Shown: piece by piece, positions 1 to 8,583 of the stretch | Layout: each line of letters opens with the position of its first letter | How positions within the stretch are numbered: position 1 is the stretch's first letter | Notes under the pieces: model-generated | The model's input: only the letters and a program-made list of their open reading frames with translations | The model's database searches: none | Told to the model about the DNA's origin: nothing | Position numbers and translations under genes: made by a program | Source of the DNA: a virus | Virus record (IMG/VR): IMGVR_UViG_3300044580_000147 | Location: 1-24,798 of that record | Reading direction: 5' to 3' (one strand) | Length of the DNA: 24,798 nucleotides

Positions 1-2
1 TG

Positions 3-53
3 GGAACCGCCATCATAGCCCTCGTAGTTGCCATAATCTCAATACTAAGATAA
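3..53 (+). CDS. 3' end of an upstream gene ending in a hydrophobic, TM-like helix (partial)
   Basis: Frame 3 reads GTAIIALVVAIISILR* (TAA at 51-53); the start lies outside the window. Confidence 0.4.
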   Translation, partial: GTAIIALVVAIISILR

Positions 54-187
54 AATAAAGAGTTTTTCACCATGAAACCCCCTGGCTACACGGTAGGATA
101 CCACGACACACCACCAACACACCCCACAGACTACGAGGTAATGAGTGACTACCAATTATGGAAAAAACACAACCGGAGACGAAGACA

Positions 188-1432
188 ATGGCAGGCGGAA
201 GACCCAGCAAACCTGATGAAACGGGATGGATAGCAACCAAAGACCTAAAACCACACCCACAAAATCCAAGGACACATGATGAGGATCAGATAAAAAAGAT
301 AGCCCGGTCTATTGAAGAATTAGGATGGGGAAGACCGATCATTATCAGTCAAGATAATTATATTCTCGCAGGACATGGAGCATACCTAGCAGCCACCACC
401 CATTTAAATTTGATGAGTGTTCCGTTTAAACGAATGACCCACAAACATGACAGTCCAGAAGCCCTTGCGTATATGGTAGCAGATAATAAATTAACAGATA
501 GTAGTGATTGGAATTATGCTGATTTGGAATTAGTGTTTGATGATTTAAAACTTGAAGGGTTTGAAGTAGAATTGACAGGGTTTAATGTTAATGAACAGTT
601 AGAAGTCGAATCTAAAGTAGAAGGTAAAAAAGAAGTTGTTGAGGACGACTTCGATCCGGATGATGTTACAGAAAGCATCGTACAATTAGGACAAATATGG
701 CAATTGGGGAATCATAGGTTAATGTGTGGAGATTCAACTAAAAAAGAAGATGTTGAATTATTAATGGATGGCAACAAAGCAGATATGGTATTCACAGACC
801 CCCCATATTCTGTTAATTATGAAAAGAAAGTAAAAGAAATATTTGGAAATAACGATTACAACAAAATATCCAATGATGAATTATCCGTTGATGAAATATC
901 AGAATCTGTTTGGAAACCATCATTCAGAAACATGCACCAAGCCGCCAGCGATCACTGCTCATTCTACATGACCGCCCCCCAAGGGGGAGATCAGATGATG
1001 ATGATGATGATGATGAAAGAAAACTGGCAAATGAAACACGAACTCATCTGGATAAAAAACAATCCAGTTTTCTCAATGGGAAGACTCGATTATGACTATC
1101 AACACGAACCCATACTTTACGGTTGGAACAAAACCCATAAATTTTATGGAAATGGAGAATTTACAAAATCAATATGGCATATTGATAGAACTAAAAAGAA
1201 TAAGTTACATCCAACCATGAAACCAATCGAATTGATTTCCAATGCTATTCTTAACTCTTCTTTAAATAATGATGTTGTTTTGGATTTGTTTGGGGGTAGT
1301 GGTAGTACATTAATTGCTTGTGAACAATTACAACGCCAATGCTACATGATGGAATTAGACCCCCACTACTGCGATGTTATAATACAAAGATGGGAAACAT
1401 TCACAGACCAAAAAGCCCGACTGATAACATGA
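188..1432 (+). CDS. ParB/Srx-like N-terminal domain fused to a beta-class amino (N6-A/N4-C) DNA methyltransferase
   Basis: N-term LKPHPQNPRTH..QIKKIARSIEELGWGRPIII....ILAGHG..A (ParB-like); catalytic DPPY precedes the SAM-binding DLFGGSGST (beta order); HPTMKPIELI. ATG 188 preferred over 158 because GGAGA lies at 175-179. Confidence 0.9.
   Translation: MAGGRPSKPDETGWIATKDLKPHPQNPRTHDEDQIKKIARSIEELGWGRPIIISQDNYILAGHGAYLAATTHLNLMSVPFKRMTHKHDSPEALAYMVADNKLTDSSDWNYADLELVFDDLKLEGFEVELTGFNVNEQLEVESKVEGKKEVVEDDFDPDDVTESIVQLGQIWQLGNHRLMCGDSTKKEDVELLMDGNKADMVFTDPPYSVNYEKKVKEIFGNNDYNKISNDELSVDEISESVWKPSFRNMHQAASDHCSFYMTAPQGGDQMMMMMMMKENWQMKHELIWIKNNPVFSMGRLDYDYQHEPILYGWNKTHKFYGNGEFTKSIWHIDRTKKNKLHPTMKPIELISNAILNSSLNNDVVLDLFGGSGSTLIACEQLQRQCYMMELDPHYCDVIIQRWETFTDQKARLIT
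995..1015 (+). repeat. (ATG)7 trinucleotide repeat encoding Met7 within the methyltransferase
   Basis: ATG at 995, 998, 1001, 1004, 1007, 1010 and 1013, in frame (QMMMMMMMKE). Confidence 0.95.
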
Positions 1433-1845
1433 CTAAATTCAATAATGAAACCTGCCACAAAATCATCCAAGCACTCGAAGCAGGCAACTACCGCAAAACA
1501 GCCGCAGCACTCGCAGGAGTAAGCGAATCAACATTCTACTCATGGATAGACAAAGCCAAACAACATAAAACTGGTAAGTATGTGGAGTTTCTGGAGTCTG
1601 TAAAAAAGGCTGAAGAAAAAGCAAAGGCATATCATCTTCAACAGATTAGGAAGGCTTCTGAGAATGGTTCTTGGCAAGCATCGGCTTGGTATCTTGAAAG
1701 GAAACACCCTAATGAATGGGGGCGTAAACAACAAGTGGATATGAAGGCTGAGGTTAAATCTGAAGTTAAGGCCCGTATTAGTTTTAGTAATAAGACTCAG
1801 ATTAGTATTTTAGAGGAAGAGGGTTATGATGGGAGTGAAACTTGA
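1429..1845 (+). CDS. terS: Terminase small subunit (HTH type), 138 aa
   Basis: ATG 1429 overlaps the MTase TGA (ATGA). HTH-like NYRKTAAALAGVSESTFYSW and WQASAWYLERKHPNEWG; lies directly upstream of terL. The ORF-track start at 1339 is unlikely. Confidence 0.8.
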   Translation: MTKFNNETCHKIIQALEAGNYRKTAAALAGVSESTFYSWIDKAKQHKTGKYVEFLESVKKAEEKAKAYHLQQIRKASENGSWQASAWYLERKHPNEWGRKQQVDMKAEVKSEVKARISFSNKTQISILEEEGYDGSET

Positions 1846-3226
1846 TGATTTGGATCCTCGTTTCTTGAATGATTTATATTTATTCTATCGTTTATTCATT
1901 ATCAGTAAGTTTAGTAGCAAAGGATTACGGGCAAGGCATATTAAAAGGTTATCACGCCACCTTATGGCCTTAACCCTTGGCAAACTGGACAAGCACTTGG
2001 CAGTGTCCATGCCACCTCGGCATAGTAAGTCGTCCATGGTGACGATTGCCTACCCCTTATGGCTTATTTTCCAGAACCCTAACCTTAACATTCTTATTAT
2101 TAACAATACCAGTACATTATCTGAGAAGTTCGGTATTGCCCTCCGTGATTGTATCGCTGAGTATGGAGAACTCTTTAACGTTTACCTTTCTGATGTTAAA
2201 CATTCATCCAGTCACCTAATGTTCTGTGATAAGGATGGGAAACTCTATAATGGGAGTATAAGATTAACCGGGGCCAGTGGGAGTATTACTGGCCAGGATG
2301 CAGACTACATAATAATAGACGACCCATACAAGGGTGAAGAAGACGAGTTCACACCCACCGCCCTACAAAAGAAGATAGACTGGTTTAACCGTATCGTGGA
2401 ACAGCGTATCGAACCACACACCAGGTTAATAATACTTCACACTCGGTGGCATAGCAACGACCTAATCGGATACCTCCAAAGGGAGCAATCCGAGGATTAC
2501 CTATTCATCACCTTCCCCGCCATCACCGAGGATAATAAACCATTATGGCCTGAACGTTACACCCTACAAGAATTGTTAAGTAAACTTAAAAAAGTAGGGG
2601 AACGCCTCTTTAGTAGTATCTGGCAACAAAAACCATTAGATGAAACCAGTGACTTCTTCGATATTGATAAACTCCAATACACCTCTTTACTTCCTAATGA
2701 GGAAATAGTTGAAACTGTACGATCATGGGATGTTTCCAAAGGAGCAACTATCCATGCAGATTACACAGTAGGGGCCTTGATGGTCCGAACTAATTACGGT
2801 AGAATCGGAGTAACTGAAATTGTTAGAGGACAATATGATGACCAGACTAAACAGAAAATATTAGATACTGCTAAGCGTGATGGTTACAATGTTAAGATAT
2901 TAATTGAAACCGGAGTTGCAGCTGCAGGTGAACTATTATTTGATGAATGGAAATTACAATTAAAAGGTTTCAGAGTTTACAGATCCAAAGCAATCAACAG
3001 TAAATCAGACAGAGCAACACCTTTAAAGAATGGTATATTAGATAGTGTTTTCTTTTTGAATTTGAATGATCCAGGAATTATCCAAGCCGTTAATAGTGAG
3101 TTCTTATCATTCCCTGAAGGTACAAATGATGATATTGTTGATGCAGTTGCTTATGGATACATTTATTTACATATAAAAATGGAAGAAGAAGAGAAATCCA
3201 TGGACTTAGAAGTAATACAACTATGA
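1826..3226 (+). CDS. terL: Terminase large subunit
   Basis: Walker A-like MPPRHSKSS, Walker B IIIDDP, coupling region ILHTRW, RNase H-like SWD and C-terminal DDIVDA. Confidence 0.95.
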   Translation: MMGVKLDDLDPRFLNDLYLFYRLFIISKFSSKGLRARHIKRLSRHLMALTLGKLDKHLAVSMPPRHSKSSMVTIAYPLWLIFQNPNLNILIINNTSTLSEKFGIALRDCIAEYGELFNVYLSDVKHSSSHLMFCDKDGKLYNGSIRLTGASGSITGQDADYIIIDDPYKGEEDEFTPTALQKKIDWFNRIVEQRIEPHTRLIILHTRWHSNDLIGYLQREQSEDYLFITFPAITEDNKPLWPERYTLQELLSKLKKVGERLFSSIWQQKPLDETSDFFDIDKLQYTSLLPNEEIVETVRSWDVSKGATIHADYTVGALMVRTNYGRIGVTEIVRGQYDDQTKQKILDTAKRDGYNVKILIETGVAAAGELLFDEWKLQLKGFRVYRSKAINSKSDRATPLKNGILDSVFFLNLNDPGIIQAVNSEFLSFPEGTNDDIVDAVAYGYIYLHIKMEEEEKSMDLEVIQL

Positions 3227-3239
3227 GGATTTAGAAACT

Positions 3240-4580
3240 ATGTCAGTATTCAGCACCATTAAAAAAGCCTTACCCTTCAGCATAGTAAGGAATCCAGAAC
3301 CCAAACCACAAAGGGAAGGCTCAGGACCCCTAGGATGGCTAAACCCATTCATCCGCTACGGACAAGGCGACCGCAGCAAACAGGCAAAACCAACCTGGAC
3401 CACCTACTACCAGGCCATGGACAATGAATGGATAAGTGCCTGTATAGATGCCTACGTGATTGACACGTTAGCAGCGGGTTTTGATGTGTACAGTGATGAG
3501 AAAGAGAAGGATGATCCGGATGTGGTGGCTTATATTAAGGATTTGTTTAACCGTCCGGATGGTCCTGATGGCATAGACACTTTCACAAAGTTTATTATGC
3601 GTGGAGTCTCCAGCCAGTTGGGGCCGGGTGATTGGTTTGCTGAATGCGTCCACGACGACACACTCCGGGGCTTACCGGTTGGTTTCTACTTCATACAGCC
3701 GCATCGGTTGTTTTATTATTATGATACGGATCAGTGGGGATTGGTTGGTAGTGGGGTTCGGTATGAGAATGATGAGTTGATTCATATCATGAACCCGGAC
3801 CCCTGGAATGAATTGTATGGAAAGAGTCCGATCGATAAGGCCGCTAAAAGTATAACCCTTGACATATTGTCCATGGATTTCAATAAAGGCTGGTTCGACA
3901 GCGGCATGAGTCCTAAGAACTTCATGATATTCGATGCTGACATAGATGACAGTGTTTATACTGATAATATTAAGCGGGTTAAGCAACAGGCCATGGAGAA
4001 CCCGCAGGGTACCTATTTCCTCCGTGGTGGAACATTCCAAGAAGCAGGCTTATCCAATAGGGATATGCAGTTCACAGACTTACAGGACCGCATCCGTGAC
4101 CGTATCGTCGCTAGCTATGGGGTGCCTCCTCAGAATGTAGGCATCTACACCGCCGGATCGCTTGGTAATGAGCGGGATAACACGGCAGATAAGAAGTTCA
4201 AGAAGCGACTAGTTGGTAAGGTTTTACGACCAGTGGAGGATGAGTTTAACCGGGTTATGGGTAAATCCTTTGACCTATGGGGTTTTGAAGAAAGATTCCA
4301 CTTTGGGGATATTGACCTTGAAGATAAGCAAATGAGAGCCAACATCGAAAATATGCAGCTCAGAAACGGTACCAAGGTAGTGAATGAAATCCGAACCGGT
4401 TACGGTCTAGAACCGTTAAGTTATGGGGATGAGCCTATGAGTTACGCTATGGGATCTACTGGTTACGGGTCCATGGTCCAGAATGCAATCAGACCAACGG
4501 AACCACAAAAGACGATTAAAAGAAGTGTAGCCAGTTTGGATAAGATTCTACAACAGAAAGGACTTGTAGAGGTGTATTAA
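3240..4580 (+). CDS. Portal protein (HK97-family-like)
   Basis: Follows terL, 446 aa; motifs LIHIMNPDPWNELYGKSPI, IVASYGVPP, VNEIRTGYGLEPL. Confidence 0.9.
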   Translation: MSVFSTIKKALPFSIVRNPEPKPQREGSGPLGWLNPFIRYGQGDRSKQAKPTWTTYYQAMDNEWISACIDAYVIDTLAAGFDVYSDEKEKDDPDVVAYIKDLFNRPDGPDGIDTFTKFIMRGVSSQLGPGDWFAECVHDDTLRGLPVGFYFIQPHRLFYYYDTDQWGLVGSGVRYENDELIHIMNPDPWNELYGKSPIDKAAKSITLDILSMDFNKGWFDSGMSPKNFMIFDADIDDSVYTDNIKRVKQQAMENPQGTYFLRGGTFQEAGLSNRDMQFTDLQDRIRDRIVASYGVPPQNVGIYTAGSLGNERDNTADKKFKKRLVGKVLRPVEDEFNRVMGKSFDLWGFEERFHFGDIDLEDKQMRANIENMQLRNGTKVVNEIRTGYGLEPLSYGDEPMSYAMGSTGYGSMVQNAIRPTEPQKTIKRSVASLDKILQQKGLVEVY

Positions 4581-4581
4581 G

Positions 4582-5100
4582 ATGTGTGATGTCTGCAACA
4601 ACCTCAAGGGTAAAGCCGTGGTGGATAAAGACCTCTACTACAACCTCCTGGATGAAGTCATCCTTACCAAAGCAAACACCAATGAACCCGATTTCAAAGT
4701 AGATGCAAATATGGGTGAGGGTAAAGCTGGGAAGGATGAACTCAAATACCGGCAAGAACTACAGGACCTCCTGGAATCACTATGGAAAGACGTTAAAACT
4801 GCAGACGATGAAGACATACCCGAACTAATCAACACCTTCATAGAAGAAGGCCAGACCATAGCTGAAGAATACATTAACAAAATCTATGATAAAAATGTGG
4901 AAATAGCCCTGGATAAACTGGAAGAAATAGGTATCAAAACCAAAGCACCTAAAACCTCCAAGCCTAAGGATGCATTATTAGCCTGGCAACTCTTTGCAGT
5001 TGAACGGATAGGGAGACAATTAGAGCTAGATATAAAGCATGAAAGGTTAGCTAAAAGGTATTTCGAGGCAGCATATGGTTCTAAGAAGAAAGCTAACTGA
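4582..5100 (+). CDS. Hypothetical helical acidic protein, possibly the N-terminal part of a split head morphogenesis protein
   Basis: 172 aa ORF starting 1 nt after the portal stop; begins MCDVC; product assigned by position only. Confidence 0.55.
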   Translation: MCDVCNNLKGKAVVDKDLYYNLLDEVILTKANTNEPDFKVDANMGEGKAGKDELKYRQELQDLLESLWKDVKTADDEDIPELINTFIEEGQTIAEEYINKIYDKNVEIALDKLEEIGIKTKAPKTSKPKDALLAWQLFAVERIGRQLELDIKHERLAKRYFEAAYGSKKKAN

Positions 5101-5755
5101 TGCTGAATTAGAGGATGAAGAATTTGAAGAGGAATATGAATCTCTTTTCAACAAAGCCTCTAATGAATCAGACAACTCCTTACTATTCCTAGGTGGACTC
5201 ATTGGTCTTACAGGTTTAACCAGTGTCATAGGCAACCTAACAGGTGAACAATTAGAAGCCCTTGAAGCTGAAACCGGAACAGTTGCCGGTGAAAGTGTAT
5301 CATTTGAGATACCTGGGATAAGTGAAGTTACTGAATTTGTCCCCGGTGCTGAAGATGCAATCCGGGAAATACAACACGCTGAAAACCTGGCACCGGAAGA
5401 GTTATCACATCTTACCCAAATGATGGAGGATGCCAAACAGTATGGCCGTATGAGTGACCCTAAAACAGCGGAAAACATCACCTTTAACAATCAATCCATT
5501 ATAGCTGAAAAGATGGGGATGTTCGGAGGGGTTGAAGCTGATAAACAGGGGAGAATCCAATGTTATATTGGGTTGCCAGTCCTGATTCCATGGGAAGATG
5601 CAGGTGATGAGAATGTTTGTGAGGACTGCCAGGAACTAGCAGCACGTGGACCTTATAGGCCGGAAGATTATCCTGAAGCTCCACATTACGGTTGCAGGTG
5701 TGGTCCTGGAGATCCGATCTGGGATTTATCTAGTGCTGAATTGCCAGACATTTAA
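5075..5755 (+). CDS. Head morphogenesis / minor capsid protein (SPP1 gp7 / Mu gpF-like)
   Basis: C-terminal W.DAGDENVCEDCQEL...PY......PHYGCRC is the typical Cys/His motif of this family; GAGG at 5065-5068. Confidence 0.8.
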   Translation: MVLRRKLTDAELEDEEFEEEYESLFNKASNESDNSLLFLGGLIGLTGLTSVIGNLTGEQLEALEAETGTVAGESVSFEIPGISEVTEFVPGAEDAIREIQHAENLAPEELSHLTQMMEDAKQYGRMSDPKTAENITFNNQSIIAEKMGMFGGVEADKQGRIQCYIGLPVLIPWEDAGDENVCEDCQELAARGPYRPEDYPEAPHYGCRCGPGDPIWDLSSAELPDI

Positions 5756-5771
5756 ACCTGAAGGTGATGAC

Positions 5772-5945
5772 TTGACTAAAGAAAAATTAGAGAAAGATAT
5801 TTTAAAACACTCAGAAAACCAGAACTTGGAAAAGGCTAATGAACTGTTAGAAAAATACACTAACAGGGAAGATACTACTGATAAAGAAATAGAAGAAGTG
5901 GTTAAGAAGGCATTGATTAAAGCTCAGAATCCAGATACTCCTTAA
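5772..5945 (+). CDS. Small charged hypothetical protein (57 aa, TTG start)
   Basis: GGTGA at 5763-5767 precedes TTG 5772; MTKEKLEKDIL...NPDTP. The upstream part of the 99-aa track ORF overlaps the F-like gene and is unlikely to be translated. Confidence 0.55.
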   Translation: MTKEKLEKDILKHSENQNLEKANELLEKYTNREDTTDKEIEEVVKKALIKAQNPDTP

Positions 5946-5946
5946 C

Positions 5947-5975
5947 TTATTTTTTATAATTTGTTCAATTCACTT
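5947..5975 (+). terminator. Oligo-T (archaeal-type) terminator candidate
   Basis: T-rich tract including T6 at 5950-5955 right after the stop, with no GC hairpin. Confidence 0.45.
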
Positions 5976-6107
5976 TTCTTAATTTTTACCATTTTAATTT
6001 AAATTCATTGTTTATAATTTTTTATATTAGTTTAAACATTTTTCATTATTTTATTTTAAATCAAACAATCCACACAAATTGAAATCCATTTTTAGATGTA
6101 TATTGTT

Positions 6108-6148
6108 ACTTCGTTATATTTCGCTATGACGAAGTTCGTTTTATAATT
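6108..6148 (+). promoter_or_regulatory. Inverted repeat immediately upstream of a TATA-like box ahead of the protease/capsid genes
   Basis: ACTTCGTTATA-tttcgc-TATGACGAAGT (6108-6135), TTTTATAA at 6139-6146, GGAG at 6157-6160, ATG 6171. Confidence 0.55.
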
Positions 6149-6170
6149 GTTTTAAAGGAGCTGTTAGCCA

Positions 6171-7532
6171 ATGCCAGAACCACCAAACTTTAGTTTGAAA
6201 GATAAGAAGTTTAAATTCAACCTCCCTTTAAGAAAAGCACAAGTGGAAGACGACGGCTTTCTATACCTCGAATTTGCCTTAGCCACTACCGATGTAGACC
6301 TTGAAGGTGAACAATTAACACAAAGATGCTTAGATGACATGGCAAAACAAGCCCTAGGTATCAACATGTACCTAGATCACAAATACGACCTCGACCACAC
6401 AATAGGCCCAGTAATAGAAGCAAAGGTGGAAGGAAATGAGTTATGGGTTAAAGGTCGTGTTCGGAACGAACTACGAAAGACCATCCAAGACATATTGGAC
6501 TCGGAGACTAAGATGGGTGGAAGTTTTGGCGGTGTGTGTGAAGAGGACTTTATGGATGAAAGGGTGAGGATGTTGGATAAGGTTAATTTACTTGATGCCA
6601 CTTTCACACCAATGCCAGTGAATACGGCTACTAGTGGTACTGGTAGGGAGTCTGTTAAGGGTTGTACTGTTTGTAATCAGATTTTCAAGAGTATTAAGAA
6701 TAAATATGGATTGAAGAATGAGAACTTGGAGGTTAAAAATGTGAAATCAGAAGATGAATCTTACGATGCCATAATGAGTGCCATCAGTGCTGCAATAAAC
6801 TCTAAGTACCGTGGCCCAGATGGCTACAGTCCAGTATGGCTAAAGCTCACCTTCCCGGACAGCTGCATTATCGAAAATTGGGAAGAAGACAAGCTCTACG
6901 AACTACCGTACAGCATCGATGAAGAGGGAAATGTCACCCTCGGAGAACCTGTCGAAGTACAGGAACAGTACGTTGAAAAGAAGCTGGAAGTATTCAAAAC
7001 CAAAGCATACGAGCACGAAGAACCAGCCGATTACAAAAAAAAGAATGTTAAAGGAAGTGAAAGTATGGACGAAACTAAAGTTCAAGAAATGATAGACAAC
7101 TCAGTGAAGAAAAGCAATGACGAATTATTTGACAAAATCAAGGGCTTAGTACAGCCCGATGAAGACCCTAAAGACCCCAACCCCTCAGAAGTAAAAGCAA
7201 TTGACGAAGACCTATTAACTGACAAAGTGACTAAAGGTGTGCTCAAAGCCCTCGGAATCGAAGAAGAAGAAGAAACCCCTCAGGACAATGGTAAACTGGT
7301 AATCATGGATGCCAAAACATTCGAGGACAACCAGTCCGAGCTAGTGAAAAAGACTATCCTCGGTATCGTGGAAGCACGTGAAGGTACCCGTAAATCCAAA
7401 TCACTAGGCGGATCCAAATTTGAAACCCCATCAGAAAAAGAAGAAAAAGTGGAAAAGACAGCCACTGGTAAAATGAGCACCAAAGACGCAGCCAAAGCCA
7501 TCGCAGAAAGAAAAGGACTACCCGTCGCTTAA
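6171..7532 (+). CDS. Prohead maturation protease (HK97-like) fused to a scaffold-like C-terminal region
   Basis: N-term LYLEFALATTDVDLEGE...MYLDHKY...IG...LWVKGRV...MGGSFGG...LLDATFTPMPVN (His and Ser motifs); C-term ~270 aa acidic/charged; lies directly before the capsid gene. Confidence 0.85.
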   Translation: MPEPPNFSLKDKKFKFNLPLRKAQVEDDGFLYLEFALATTDVDLEGEQLTQRCLDDMAKQALGINMYLDHKYDLDHTIGPVIEAKVEGNELWVKGRVRNELRKTIQDILDSETKMGGSFGGVCEEDFMDERVRMLDKVNLLDATFTPMPVNTATSGTGRESVKGCTVCNQIFKSIKNKYGLKNENLEVKNVKSEDESYDAIMSAISAAINSKYRGPDGYSPVWLKLTFPDSCIIENWEEDKLYELPYSIDEEGNVTLGEPVEVQEQYVEKKLEVFKTKAYEHEEPADYKKKNVKGSESMDETKVQEMIDNSVKKSNDELFDKIKGLVQPDEDPKDPNPSEVKAIDEDLLTDKVTKGVLKALGIEEEEETPQDNGKLVIMDAKTFEDNQSELVKKTILGIVEAREGTRKSKSLGGSKFETPSEKEEKVEKTATGKMSTKDAAKAIAERKGLPVA

Positions 7533-7562
7533 ATAAAAATGATTAATTGGAGGAATAAGAAT

Positions 7563-8525
7563 ATGACCAACATTAATGATATAAAAGGACACTTCGCAAC
7601 CAAAGCCGAACTACTCGAACTCACAAAAGCATTAAACACCGCCTCAAACAGTGCCGGCGACATAATCCAACCAGAACTCGATTCCAGACTACAAAACATG
7701 GTAGTCAAGAAGTACCCATTTTACACTTGGTTAGATGGTATGGGTATGATCCAGGATACCAGTTCAAACAAACCATCATACCTTAAAAAGGTTAGTGGAG
7801 GAGCTGGAAGTTTCATAGCCGAAGCCGGAACCATACCTGATGTAACTGACAGTGTCTACGACCTAGTTACCGGGACCATGACCACCCACGTCTTCCCACT
7901 TGAAATATCCGATCAGCTAATCGCTGGTGGATCAAACGATGTGGTTGATGTACTACAACAGGAAATACAGGACGGCCTAGAATACAACGTGCAAGCCATT
8001 AACAATGAAATGTTAAACGGTACTGGTGCCAACAACGGATTCAACGGACTGATCGACCTCATAGACACCAATGACAAAGACATGAACGATGCAGAAATAA
8101 CCAGTCAATTTGAACTTGACACCCTCTGTCACGCCATGATGGACGCTGGAGGTGTGCCTTCCGCTGTGGTTACCAGTGCTAACGTTAAATCACAACTCAT
8201 AGATGTATTATATCCTAACGTGAATGTTCCACTGATTCCACAGGCAGAACTTGCATTTGGTTACCAGGTTGATGCTTATGACAGCCCAGCAGGCCGTATC
8301 CCTATCATAGTTGACCCTGCAATGCCAACCACTGATGACGCCCAAGAACTATTAATCGTGGATTACTCCACCCTGATGCTCAAATACTTGATGAGACCAA
8401 CCGTCATAGACCTGGCTAAAACCAAGTTAACCCAGTCTAGTGTGCTTGCATCATTCCAATCCTTCATGTGCCGTGCTGAATCATTCAACGCTCGCATGTA
8501 CGATATAGGAACTAAAGACGCTTAA
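7563..8525 (+). CDS. Major capsid protein (HK97 fold), 320 aa
   Basis: GGAGG at 7549-7553 favours ATG 7563. ELTKALNTASNSAGDIIQPELD N-arm, FIAEAG, EMLNGTG...FNGL, SPAGRIPIIVDP, C-terminal FMCRAE; size and position fit. Confidence 0.9.
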   Translation: MTNINDIKGHFATKAELLELTKALNTASNSAGDIIQPELDSRLQNMVVKKYPFYTWLDGMGMIQDTSSNKPSYLKKVSGGAGSFIAEAGTIPDVTDSVYDLVTGTMTTHVFPLEISDQLIAGGSNDVVDVLQQEIQDGLEYNVQAINNEMLNGTGANNGFNGLIDLIDTNDKDMNDAEITSQFELDTLCHAMMDAGGVPSAVVTSANVKSQLIDVLYPNVNVPLIPQAELAFGYQVDAYDSPAGRIPIIVDPAMPTTDDAQELLIVDYSTLMLKYLMRPTVIDLAKTKLTQSSVLASFQSFMCRAESFNARMYDIGTKDA

Positions 8526-8552
8526 ACATAGATAGGGAGAAAATATTTATCC

Positions 8553-8566
8553 TTATTTATTTTTTT
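8553..8566 (+). terminator. Oligo-T terminator candidate after the capsid gene
   Basis: TTATTTATTTTTTT with T7 at 8560-8566. Confidence 0.4.
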
Positions 8567-8583
8567 AAAAGAGGTGGAATGAC

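Noticed and set aside
72-233. 53-aa ORF MKPPGYTVGY...KRDG
   Set aside because: No recognisable RBS or motif, and it overlaps the MTase start; it could be real but I cannot support it.
910-1095. 61-aa ORF with a poly-Asp run
   Set aside because: It is the alternative-frame reading of the (ATG)7 repeat inside the MTase.
5646-5771. N-terminal 42 codons of the track ORF 5646..5945
   Set aside because: It overlaps the conserved C-terminus of the F-like gene; the RBS supports TTG 5772 instead.
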